64,000 nucleotides of DNA, taken from positions 2,496,001 to 2,560,000 of the forward strand of contig OZ219753.1 in assembly GCA_964291315.2 (NCBI GenBank), read 5' to 3'. The translations under genes and the position numbers were made by a program. Below the pieces are notes generated by a model that was not told the DNA's origin, ran no database searches, and saw nothing but the letters and a program-made list of their open reading frames with translations. Positions 50,342 to 58,851 of the stretch are shown here, one piece after another (position 1 is the first letter of the stretch; each line of letters opens with the position of its first letter). This DNA is from Candidatus Poribacteria bacterium (GTDB lineage Bacteria; Poribacteria; WGA-4E; WGA-3G).

Positions 50342-50923
50342 TTAAATTTCATTGTTTTCCCAGAGTGGACGTAACAGTGTTTGCAACCGTTTCATTGCGC
50401 GGTGTAAGTGAATTTTCACTGTTCCCTCCGCCATACCAAGTGTTTCTGCAACTTCCTTGATCTGCAAACCTTCGTATCGATTTAAAATAAAGACTGCTTT
50501 CTGCTTCGGTGAGAGTTGATCGACGGCTTCGCGAATGATGCGTCCAAGTTCCTGATCCTCTACACTCTTTACTGGATTGCTGTCTTGGTCGTCAGCAATG
50601 AGAATTGCTTCTGGGATCTCCATGTCCTCTAACGCGTAGACGGGATGCCGCGCCTTTGCTCGGTGATAATCGATGACGAGATTGGAGGCAATTTTGTAAA
50701 GCCACGTCGAAAATTTGGCTTTCGGCTGCCAATTTTCCAACGCGCGGTACGCCTTAAAGAAGACTTCGATAGTAATATCTTCAGCGTCTTCGTAATTTCT
50801 GATCGAACGCAAAAGATACGAGAAGATTTTCGATTTATAACGTTTCATCAACTCATCAAATGCGTTTTGGTGCCCGGCTTGAAATTGGGCAACTAACATT
50901 TCGTCATCAATCAATTTATCCAT
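50342..50923 (-). CDS. ECF sigma-70 family factor
   Basis: AFDELM.RY, AEDI..EVF.KAY, FSTWLYKIA.N, L..KEVAETLG...GTVK.HLHRA. Confidence 0.93.
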   Translation of the reverse strand: MDKLIDDEMLVAQFQAGHQNAFDELMKRYKSKIFSYLLRSIRNYEDAEDITIEVFFKAYRALENWQPKAKFSTWLYKIASNLVIDYHRAKARHPVYALEDMEIPEAILIADDQDSNPVKSVEDQELGRIIREAVDQLSPKQKAVFILNRYEGLQIKEVAETLGMAEGTVKIHLHRAMKRLQTLLRPLWENNEI

Positions 50924-50997
50924 GATTCCCGACTTTCGACATCGGTTTAGAAGTGTGTCCTCCCAAAACGGTGGACAAAATGCGTCAATTGCTCTCT

Positions 50998-51025
50998 TAA
51001 ACGGAAACGGTTTAAATAAGTTTAC
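50998..51025 (-). promoter_or_regulatory. ECF-type autoregulatory promoter GTAAAC-16-CGTTTA
   Basis: AAC-N16-CGT pattern upstream of the ECF gene; overlaps a TTGACA-18-TAAACT promoter. Confidence 0.55.
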
Positions 51026-51239
51026 AGAATTAATAATTGATTTGTCAAAAAACTTTGACGCGGCGACATTCGTTTAATATTCCGTCGCTTGAGAGTAGGT
51101 GGGTAGTAGTTCCTAACCTCTCCGATCTTCTATAACAGACCTCCAAACGACACCGTTATACTGATGGCTGCCAGCTGCAGGCTACTGCCTAAAAAGACTT
51201 GATTTTCTTATGCTATTGGTTTAGAATAGCACAAAAAAT

Positions 51240-51341
51240 GGTCAGTGATTCCTAGTCGTCAGCTATTCCGGTGTGACGGACAATAGGTGTGTCTCTTTTG
51301 TGGTATTTAACTGACATCTGATGACTGAAAACTGATTGCTA
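51240..51341. repeat. Heptamer-armed palindromic intergenic element
   Basis: Left tagtcgtcagctat; right taactgacatctgatgactgaaaactgattgcta. Confidence 0.6.
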
Positions 51342-51342
51342 T

Positions 51343-52389
51343 ATGGAGGTATTCTTTGTGGCCCATACACATAACGATTCCCAATTAAGGCCTTTGGTCA
51401 TTCCAGCTTCGGAGACAGCGGCGCAGATGGCACAGGCTGCAGAAAATTTTCTCGATACGCTCACGCCGCGGCTACGCGAGCAAGCAGCTCTCCCATTCGA
51501 TGGAAACGAACGATTCCGTTGGCACTACATCCCTGTTGAGATGTGGAAACGGAAAGGTGTGTCTCTTAAGGAACTAAACGCCAAACAGCAGGAAGCAGCG
51601 TTCGCTCTGATAGAGAACGGTTTAAGCGCGAAAGGGTATCAGAAAGCGCGGACTATTATTAATTTAGAGATAACGCTCGGTGAGATTGAACAAGCTGCCG
51701 GTGAAGCCCGGCTTGCCCGAGATCCGTCTTTGTACTTTTTTACTGTGTTTGGTGATCCGACAGGGAAAGGTGCCTGGGGATGGCGTGCTGAAGGACACCA
51801 CGTTTCTCTCAACTTTACTGTGGTTAATCGCGAACTTATTTCACCAAACCCGTTTTTCTTCGGTTCAAACCCGGCTGAAGTACCGCAAGGCGAGAAAAAA
51901 GGACTGAGGGTCCTCTCTGCTGAGGAAGATATAGCTCGTAAACTCCTTACAAGCCTAAATAACACTCAGAAGGCACAAGCCATCATCAGTGCAGATGCCC
52001 CCTCTGATATCTTGACGCGCGATGTCCCTAAAGTTGAATTTGAGACTGTTGAGGGATTGTCTGCAGAATCTATGCGGACACATCAGCGTGAACACCTGAT
52101 GAACCTCGTCCATGAGTACATTGATCGGCTGCCCGACCAAGTTGCTCGGATTGAGCTACGTAAACTACGCGAGGGTGGTGTCAATGATATCCACTTTGCA
52201 TGGGCGGGTGGTGAAACACCGAAGACACCACACTATTATAGGCTACACGCCCCCTTCTTCTTCGTGGAGTATGATAATACCCAAAACAGCGCGAATCATA
52301 TTCACTCTGTGTGGCGGCACATCGCAGACGATTTTGGGGTGGACTTACTTCGGTTGCACTACCACAAATCAGATCACCACGATCATTAA
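51343..52389 (+). CDS. DUF3500 domain protein
   Basis: WHYIP, YFFTVFGDP, WGWRAEGHHVSLNFT, P.FFGSNP, HFAWAG, HYYR, EYDNTQN.ANHIHSVWR...DFG.DLL..HY. Confidence 0.85.
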   Translation: MEVFFVAHTHNDSQLRPLVIPASETAAQMAQAAENFLDTLTPRLREQAALPFDGNERFRWHYIPVEMWKRKGVSLKELNAKQQEAAFALIENGLSAKGYQKARTIINLEITLGEIEQAAGEARLARDPSLYFFTVFGDPTGKGAWGWRAEGHHVSLNFTVVNRELISPNPFFFGSNPAEVPQGEKKGLRVLSAEEDIARKLLTSLNNTQKAQAIISADAPSDILTRDVPKVEFETVEGLSAESMRTHQREHLMNLVHEYIDRLPDQVARIELRKLREGGVNDIHFAWAGGETPKTPHYYRLHAPFFFVEYDNTQNSANHIHSVWRHIADDFGVDLLRLHYHKSDHHDH

Positions 52390-52402
52390 AGAATCTCTAT
52401 GG

Positions 52403-52458
52403 GCAGTCAGCGGTCAGGGCGGTAGGAGGAAACTTTGAAGCCTGACCACTGACTGCTA
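52403..52458. repeat. Heptamer-armed palindrome between convergent genes (possible bidirectional terminator)
   Basis: gcagtcagcggtcagg / cctgaccactgactgc pair at 15 of 16 positions. Confidence 0.65.
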
Positions 52459-52462
52459 ATCG

Positions 52463-53305
52463 TTAATCGTTAATTGCCTTTAGGTTACCCCAAGTGGTTG
52501 TCAACTTATCCGCAGCTTCAACAGCGAGTACCTCGCTAGTAAGCACGACTAAGCCGGTATGTTCTGAATTCTTTCCGAAGACAACAGAATGCGTGTACCA
52601 ACCGCTCCAACCTTTCTGTCCTTCTTGACCAGCCTTTCTGTCGCCATCGTTCACACAGATACCCAGGCCGAACTCAAATCCTTCACTGAATTTTTTCCCT
52701 TTTACTTGCAATTCTTCGGCTGTGAATCTAAGTTCATAACGGGTTTTCTTTTCATCCTCGTTTCGGATGATTGCGACATCTTCGTCTGGAACGATACCGG
52801 CGCCCCCCGGGTTTTCATTTAACGCCAAGAGGAGGACGTTCTCCGCCTTATCATCTAGGCCTACATTATAGAGCCACATCGGCAATCCGGGGCTCCGTTT
52901 GCCACTCATTTCAAAGGCGAGCTGTGCGCCATCACCGTTCCAAGCCGCCTCGGCAGCATGCTCATGTTCATCATCATCAACAGCAATCATGAGATAAATT
53001 GCCTCAGGGTCCCAAAGAATCGCGAAACAAGTTTGGTGGTCGTCAGGTCCTGTCCAGTTCCCGCCACCGTGTTCTTGGAAAACATTACCAGAATATTCAA
53101 TTCCACAAAAAGGGGTTCCATCTGTTCCTTTGACTGTTTCCAATACCTCATCCCAGTAGTCGCTAAAATCGCCTACGTTAATATCAACGCCTGCTGGAAT
53201 TGTAAAGGCATTATAGACATCGTGCGTTTTACTGCGCCATTGCGCGTCTACTGTACTATTTATAAGTAGCGCGAAGGCGGCTATCAGAAGCCAAAACTTG
53301 TTCAT
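52463..53305 (-). CDS. Secreted CBM9/DOMON-like sugar-binding domain protein with a KLTTTWGNLK tail
   Basis: AAGGAGG RBS before ATG 53305; signal peptide; WD.EAIYL...V.DD, WNGD..Q, YELRF, G.CVNDGD. Confidence 0.7.
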   Translation of the reverse strand: MNKFWLLIAAFALLINSTVDAQWRSKTHDVYNAFTIPAGVDINVGDFSDYWDEVLETVKGTDGTPFCGIEYSGNVFQEHGGGNWTGPDDHQTCFAILWDPEAIYLMIAVDDDEHEHAAEAAWNGDGAQLAFEMSGKRSPGLPMWLYNVGLDDKAENVLLLALNENPGGAGIVPDEDVAIIRNEDEKKTRYELRFTAEELQVKGKKFSEGFEFGLGICVNDGDRKAGQEGQKGWSGWYTHSVVFGKNSEHTGLVVLTSEVLAVEAADKLTTTWGNLKAIND

Positions 53306-53321
53306 TTTTCTTGCCTCCTTA

Positions 53322-54875
53322 TTAGCGGTTATTAATAGTTTCCTCCGGCCTATCACTACTCAAACAAAAGATATATCGGTCGCTGGACCCAATGTACAGC
53401 ATACCGTTGGCAATTGCGGGTGATGAGTAGAGTTCTATGTTTTGGTTAAAAGTTCTCGTGTTGAACTCCCACAGCATTTCTCCACTGCTTGTGGAAAGTG
53501 AATAGATATGTCCATTTTGCGTCGCTGCATAGATCGCTGCAGGTGTTACTGCAGGTGAGGAGACAACCGGAGCCCCAAGATCTATTTTCCATTTAAGGTG
53601 CCCATCCATTGTCCCCAGGCAATAAACGTGTCCATCGCGCGAGCCAAAGACGACGGAGCTGTTCATAACAGCGATCGCCGTGAAAACAGCGTCTTCTGCT
53701 TCATGTTCCCAGGTGATGTCTCCTGTTTCACCATCAAGTGCGACGACCTTACCAGCTGGTAGCGGGTCACTGTCCGAAAAGTTCCCCCTCCCAAGTCCAA
53801 AAAAAACGAGGTTTTCACTGACACCGGGGCTCCCCCACACGGGATAAGATACCTTCTTCGACCAAATCTCAGCACCTGTTTCGGCATTGACTGCAAGAAT
53901 CTGGTAATCGCCGTAGCCTGTCCCAAAGTAGACCAGGCCATTGTGGACAATAGGGGACATGTCAGCGTGAATGTTTTTATAGTGCCAAATTGTTTGACCT
54001 TCTAACGCATCAATGCAGTAAACTCCATCCGCACCTGCTGTGAAATAGAGTCTGCCTTGACTGATAAACGGGGTTGACTCAACATGACTAGCTGTTTGGA
54101 AGGCCCAGACAAGATCACCGGTTTTTGCGTCGAGGCATCGAAGCTGGCAATTACTGTCTTGATGGAAGCCTTCGCCGATATAGACCCTGCCTCCAGCCAC
54201 GGCGGGTGGCGAGAAAATTGGGATACGGGAGGTATGCCGCCAGATAACCTTCTTTGATTCTATATCAATACAGTACGTTGCACCGCCGGCCGAAAAGATC
54301 GAACCGTGTGAAGAACCGATATAGAGCCGATTCCCAACGACTGCTGGTGAAGAGGAAAAGTTAGCTGTCATTGCCTCCTCATCTTTAAAAACCCATGCTA
54401 GTGTCCCGTGTATTGGTCCCGGAAGTCCATCTATATGTCCTGTTCGGTTTTTCCCGCCTCGGAAGGTTGGCCATCCTCTTGCAACGCTGGTGCCGCTTAC
54501 ACTCGTGTTCTGGACGTTGACTTCAGGGGTGGAGGTTGTCCAATGTCGCGTTGTTTCGATCAGTCGATAGGTTCCCCAACCGAGTCCGGCGAGGATAAAG
54601 AGGCTAAAAACAGCGGAAACACCCCTATGAGCATCGGCAAAGTCACGGCATTTGTAGAAAACCACTTTAACTGTATCCCGTGCAAAGACGAGTGTTGTAA
54701 GGAGCGCGACTCCAACAAAAGCGATGATTTGTGGAATGATGCTCAACAACGCGGTCAGGGGGCCCAGGAGCTGCGGGATAACCGCGTGCGCGGGACGTGC
54801 TGCAGCGAAAAAAATGAAAAAAAGGCATATTGTTAAGAGCAACCTTATATTGACTTGCGCTGGCGCGTGTAGCAT
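53322..54875 (-). CDS. PQQ-like (BamB-type) beta-propeller membrane protein
   Basis: N-terminal TMs; WPTFRGG..RTG; repeated SSPAV..G.VY.G....LDA.TG...W blades; ATG 54875 preferred (54959 possible). Confidence 0.82.
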   Translation of the reverse strand: MLHAPAQVNIRLLLTICLFFIFFAAARPAHAVIPQLLGPLTALLSIIPQIIAFVGVALLTTLVFARDTVKVVFYKCRDFADAHRGVSAVFSLFILAGLGWGTYRLIETTRHWTTSTPEVNVQNTSVSGTSVARGWPTFRGGKNRTGHIDGLPGPIHGTLAWVFKDEEAMTANFSSSPAVVGNRLYIGSSHGSIFSAGGATYCIDIESKKVIWRHTSRIPIFSPPAVAGGRVYIGEGFHQDSNCQLRCLDAKTGDLVWAFQTASHVESTPFISQGRLYFTAGADGVYCIDALEGQTIWHYKNIHADMSPIVHNGLVYFGTGYGDYQILAVNAETGAEIWSKKVSYPVWGSPGVSENLVFFGLGRGNFSDSDPLPAGKVVALDGETGDITWEHEAEDAVFTAIAVMNSSVVFGSRDGHVYCLGTMDGHLKWKIDLGAPVVSSPAVTPAAIYAATQNGHIYSLSTSSGEMLWEFNTRTFNQNIELYSSPAIANGMLYIGSSDRYIFCLSSDRPEETINNR

Positions 54876-54977
54876 GATGAAACGCCTCGCCCGCCACAAC
54901 AGATTAGCTGATGGCTGATGACTGATGGCTAACAACCTCTTTAATTTTCCCTTCTTCATCTGTATTTACCTCTTGCT

Positions 54978-56156
54978 CTATTTGGATTCTTCCAAAAATC
55001 TGACAGCGAAATGCACCAAGTTCTCAAGCATCCGGCGGTTTTTAGCGATTTGCGAGTTCCCTCGATTATGGAGACTCGTGATGAGATACATCCCCTTTCC
55101 ATATCGGAGTTTGGCAACAACAAGCTCTCTCCCGCTGTTAGTTGTTGCTAGTATCTGATACTTCTGGTTCCATCCCTTCCATGAGTCATCAAGCGCGAGT
55201 TGCCCGGATCGGATGCGGTTTGGCGTTTTAAAAAGCTCGCCTGCATCAGAAGTCACTTGGAAATCGTTGCGGGTTGGACTTTCGACACCTTGGAGCGGTT
55301 CAGGTAGCCATCCACTGCCACATGGGCGATTGTCGTCGCTATCTTGCCCGGAGGCGATGACAATGCCTCCGTTCTTCACGAATTCTCTAATGCGTCTTTC
55401 TTGCTCGTCGTTAAGTCGGTATCGCCCCTCGGAAAGTGATCGAAAACCGAGCCAGAGAATATCTGTTTTGCTGAGTACCGGCAAGTTTCGATCAGTTGTC
55501 ACCTGATAAACAAAGCCGAAATCTGCTACAGCATCAAGTTCAGCAATAGCGCGAGGTTCCGACTCATACTTTTCTGTTTTGAGCAGTAAGAGTTGAAGGC
55601 TTTCTCCACTGAGGAGGCCATGCAATTCTTTTTGAAAATTCTGTGTTGAATCTCGCCTTGAGACCTTATCTCTATTAAGATACTTCTCAAAGTGTGTGAA
55701 CAGCCACCAGTCCCAGTCTTTCCCCTTGGGTTTTGTGACCTGCGTCTGAAACCACTTGCCCCTTGTATGTGCAAGACTATCAATGCGTCTGCCAGCTTTC
55801 AGGTAGAAGATGATGATAGGTTCGTTTCGCCTTAGGAAGTTGATAACTTCTTCCCTATGGTCTTCCTCGCCTTTGTAGACATCAAACCGGATCTTAATCT
55901 CCCGAAATTCACTTTCGCCTTTGAGATTTTCTTCGACCTTGATTTTTGCTGTCCTACGTTTGGTATTAACCTCAGAGACGGTCCCGAAAACAACGTTTGT
56001 GCTTTCCGCAACGATTTGTCTGACGCTGTACCGTTTTGCAATATATCCCTCCACAGCGGATTGCATCAGCAAAACGGGCACGGTAACAAGCAGTCCGAAT
56101 AAGAAGTACGACTTCCAGATACCGTTTACCTTACAAGTCGATGTGAGTATTGGCAT
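54978..56156 (-). CDS. Hypothetical exported protein, C-terminal class-I GATase-like fold suspected
   Basis: Long ORF with GGAGG RBS; IREFVKNGGIVI and YGKG.Y.ITSL...N.V.FA patterns. Confidence 0.6.
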   Translation of the reverse strand: MPILTSTCKVNGIWKSYFLFGLLVTVPVLLMQSAVEGYIAKRYSVRQIVAESTNVVFGTVSEVNTKRRTAKIKVEENLKGESEFREIKIRFDVYKGEEDHREEVINFLRRNEPIIIFYLKAGRRIDSLAHTRGKWFQTQVTKPKGKDWDWWLFTHFEKYLNRDKVSRRDSTQNFQKELHGLLSGESLQLLLLKTEKYESEPRAIAELDAVADFGFVYQVTTDRNLPVLSKTDILWLGFRSLSEGRYRLNDEQERRIREFVKNGGIVIASGQDSDDNRPCGSGWLPEPLQGVESPTRNDFQVTSDAGELFKTPNRIRSGQLALDDSWKGWNQKYQILATTNSGRELVVAKLRYGKGMYLITSLHNRGNSQIAKNRRMLENLVHFAVRFLEESK

Positions 56157-56373
56157 TGTCTTTCCTCCGTGGAATTGTGTTTTTTATGTATGTTGTGCTC
56201 GGAACCCACAATCACAATTCCCATTTAGCACCTACAAAGCGCTAATTTACCGTGAATCTTGGAAACAAGCTTCGTACATTAGATTGGATCGAACTATCCT
56301 ATTTGTGTTTCTTACATCTGTTCCAACTAAAAGGATGTGGAAGTCTGTTTTCACTGTATACCTTTGAATCCGC

Positions 56374-56484
56374 TTAGCGAGGAAACGCTAAAAAACTTGA
56401 TATTGTGGCACCGACAAAAGAAACAATCTGACACCCGCTTTGGTTCATTGTTAAAAATGCCAGCGTTCTGATTTTTGCTAACAT
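56374..56484 (-). pseudogene. Truncated hydrophobic ORF (possible MFS exporter N-terminus) coupled to the ATP-grasp gene
   Basis: TGATG stop/start overlap; MLAKIRTLAFLTMNQSGCQIVSFVGATISSFLAFPR then stop. Confidence 0.35.
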
Positions 56485-57728
56485 CAACTAATGTGATATT
56501 CCACTTTCTTAACAGCTTCATGCAAGTTCTTGACAAGATCCTCATACCTGACAGAGCGTCCAATCACAGCACATAGATGAATAGCAAAATTTTCGGGTGG
56601 CAAATAGACAGGATCGCCAACTTCAAGTTTCGGTATGACAGACAGAACCCCTTCAGTCTCTAGGGCATCAGAAATACCTCTTATGCCCTTAAGGGTCCCA
56701 GCTCTATTCGGCAGCACAAGCACTTTGCCTGCGTAGCAATCTGCTTGAGCGTCGATTGCTTCTAAATCTGCTGACTCGCCAAGTGCCATTTTGATAACTT
56801 GTTCAACAAATGAAACACCCGTGGCAATTTCTATCAAATGCGAAACAATATACCCTCCTGCAGGTCTACCCGCTACCTCAAGTATCTTCACGCCGGTCGA
56901 AGTCAGACGCGCTTCAAGGTGGAATGCACTATTATTGAGTCCAAGTAAGGATATAGACTCACGGGCGGCATCCTTTACTGCCTTTATAGTTGTTTCGCTT
57001 TTACTTGAAGGAAAAAATTCCGTGTATTCGATGGAATAATCTGGGGTTACATCTTTATCTGTGACCCCAGCTATTTGAATCTTATGATCCTGCACCAAAC
57101 CATCTACACAGACTTCTGGTCCATCCATGTATTCTTCGACAATGTATTGGTTAGGGTAATAAGAGTAGATTGTCCCACTAACAGGGACAGTATTTTGCAG
57201 CATTTCTTTCCACTTTTGATCAATCTCATCAGGCGAACTAATCTTCAAAATAGATTTGCTACCGGAAGCTCCTACAGGTTTGAAGACAAGCGGTAGACCG
57301 ATACGCTCAGCTGCATTTCGTAAATCATTTAAAGACTCTACTGGATGGAATCTCGGACATAAGCCATTACCACCACTCAGCGTTTTTCTCATTTCAAATT
57401 TATTGCGGCCCCTCTTAGCCGCACTCGTGGACAGAGCAGGTAGACAGAAACTTTCTCCTATCGCTGCGACGAGCTCAACATCCTTGTCTGTCCAAGTAAG
57501 AACACCGTCGAATGGATGTCTTCTGTAGTATTCCTGAAGAGCTACAAGTGTCGTGGCTATGTCGTATGTATTATGCATAATTACGTCGGCTGCCAAACCT
57601 TTGGGAATTTTAGGGGCTTCAGCAGTCAGCAAGATAGGAGTTACCCCCATTCTATTAGCAACCCAAAATGGCACGAGCCTCTCAACTCTGTCCGTCCTAG
57701 TGTTAACAAAAAGAATTGTTTTATTCAT
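56484..57728 (-). CDS. ATP-grasp domain protein (L-amino acid ligase-like)
   Basis: RNKFEMR, PLVFKP...SGS, IVEEYMDGPE, FHLEARL...GVKILEVAGRPAGG; AT-richer than its neighbours; GAGGT RBS before ATG 57728. Confidence 0.85.
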   Translation of the reverse strand: MNKTILFVNTRTDRVERLVPFWVANRMGVTPILLTAEAPKIPKGLAADVIMHNTYDIATTLVALQEYYRRHPFDGVLTWTDKDVELVAAIGESFCLPALSTSAAKRGRNKFEMRKTLSGGNGLCPRFHPVESLNDLRNAAERIGLPLVFKPVGASGSKSILKISSPDEIDQKWKEMLQNTVPVSGTIYSYYPNQYIVEEYMDGPEVCVDGLVQDHKIQIAGVTDKDVTPDYSIEYTEFFPSSKSETTIKAVKDAARESISLLGLNNSAFHLEARLTSTGVKILEVAGRPAGGYIVSHLIEIATGVSFVEQVIKMALGESADLEAIDAQADCYAGKVLVLPNRAGTLKGIRGISDALETEGVLSVIPKLEVGDPVYLPPENFAIHLCAVIGRSVRYEDLVKNLHEAVKKVEYHIS

Positions 57729-57809
57729 AATCAACCTCATAGCATCGAAGACACAACCTAACAGTAATGTTCATATTGGGACATGTACGGCTTTGTTTGA
57801 TAGCTTTAC

Positions 57810-58375
57810 CGTGAGTTTGATAAATAATTCCGTGTTTCTTTGTTCAAAAAAAACCGCCTCACTCCTTTAGTAGTATCTCCTTTGTGGGTTCCACAAGGGT
57901 GCGGTTGTGCAAAATAATAGGTGTATCTCTTCACATCGCGTCTTTTCAGCGGATCAAGTCGGGTGGTCTAAAACGTCTATAGGGTGGTTCTATGGTTTCA
58001 AACTTCATGTGATTATCAACGATGCCGGTGAGCGCTTAGCGGTTGCGTTATCCCTGGAAATACCGGTGATCACAAACCTGTCTCGGCATCGGTCTCCAAA
58101 TCGAGCGAGGTTTCAGTGCAGCCTCTACACAGATAGCAGCTATACCGCTAAAAACCTCCGGGAGCGTCTCCCGCAACAATCTGTAAATTTGGTTTACACA
58201 GTCCGGGAGAACATGGAACCGCTAGAGATATCCGCGGCTGATAAAGTGCTACATCTTCTCGGCATTGATAGCTTATCAGCTCTCCGAGCATAAGCCCTCG
58301 CTGAACGGTTCTGAACTCCAGCAAGGACAAGATTTACTAGGCATCCGTAAAATTTAACCTTTTTTCAAACTCACG
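57810..58375 (+). mobile_element. Internally deleted, frameshifted IS982-family element
   Basis: Terminal inverted repeats CGTGAGTTTGA (57810-57820) / TCAAACTCACG (58365-58375); transposase remnants ISFVGST..C, HRVF, KTSIGWFYGFKLHVIINDAGE. Confidence 0.85.
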
Positions 58376-58382
58376 AATTTAA

Positions 58383-58404
58383 AATGTTACACTAGTGTAA
58401 CATT
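58383..58404. other. Perfect 22-bp palindrome AATGTTACACTAGTGTAACATT
   Basis: Self-complementary; the half-site AGTGTAACAT recurs at 58496-58505. Confidence 0.7.
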
Positions 58405-58732
58405 GCAACCTCGGCGCTAAGCGTCTGTAACCCTATGTGGGACGTGGCTTCTTTAAGTGTTAATTTCTGCTGCGAAAAAAAGGGATTTATCCGAAAGTGT
58501 AACATCTTATTTTTTTGAATTCTTAATTCAAATTTATATCGTATATGATAATATATATAATGTTGGGATGCAAATTTTTTTATGAATGGTTAAAAAGGCT
58601 CTGTTGTGCCCAAAATTTTAAATTTCTGGTGTTAGAGAGTCTAGAAATCGCTATACCCGGTTAGGTAATCTTTACGTTTTCGTGTGCTGTTTCCGAACTG
58701 TCCGCGGGGTGAGTGGTACACATGAGAGCCTG

Positions 58733-58790
58733 AAAAAGATAAAAAGGGCGCGATAGCTATTAGGAGGGCCCTACCGCTATCACGCCCTAC
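58733..58790 (-). terminator. Intrinsic terminator after the FGE-domain gene
   Basis: agggcgtgatagc / gctatcgcgccct stem followed by TTTTATCTTTTT on the minus strand. Confidence 0.75.
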
Positions 58791-58851
58791 TTTGGAGCTT
58801 CAGTGCCTTTCAGCGATTTATCCGCGGATAAAAAGCGCAAGCCATAAAGTT

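Noticed and set aside
58400-58850. DGR template repeat or reverse transcriptase next to the FGE-domain gene
   Set aside because: No AAC-rich copy of either variable region and no RT motifs were seen anywhere in the window
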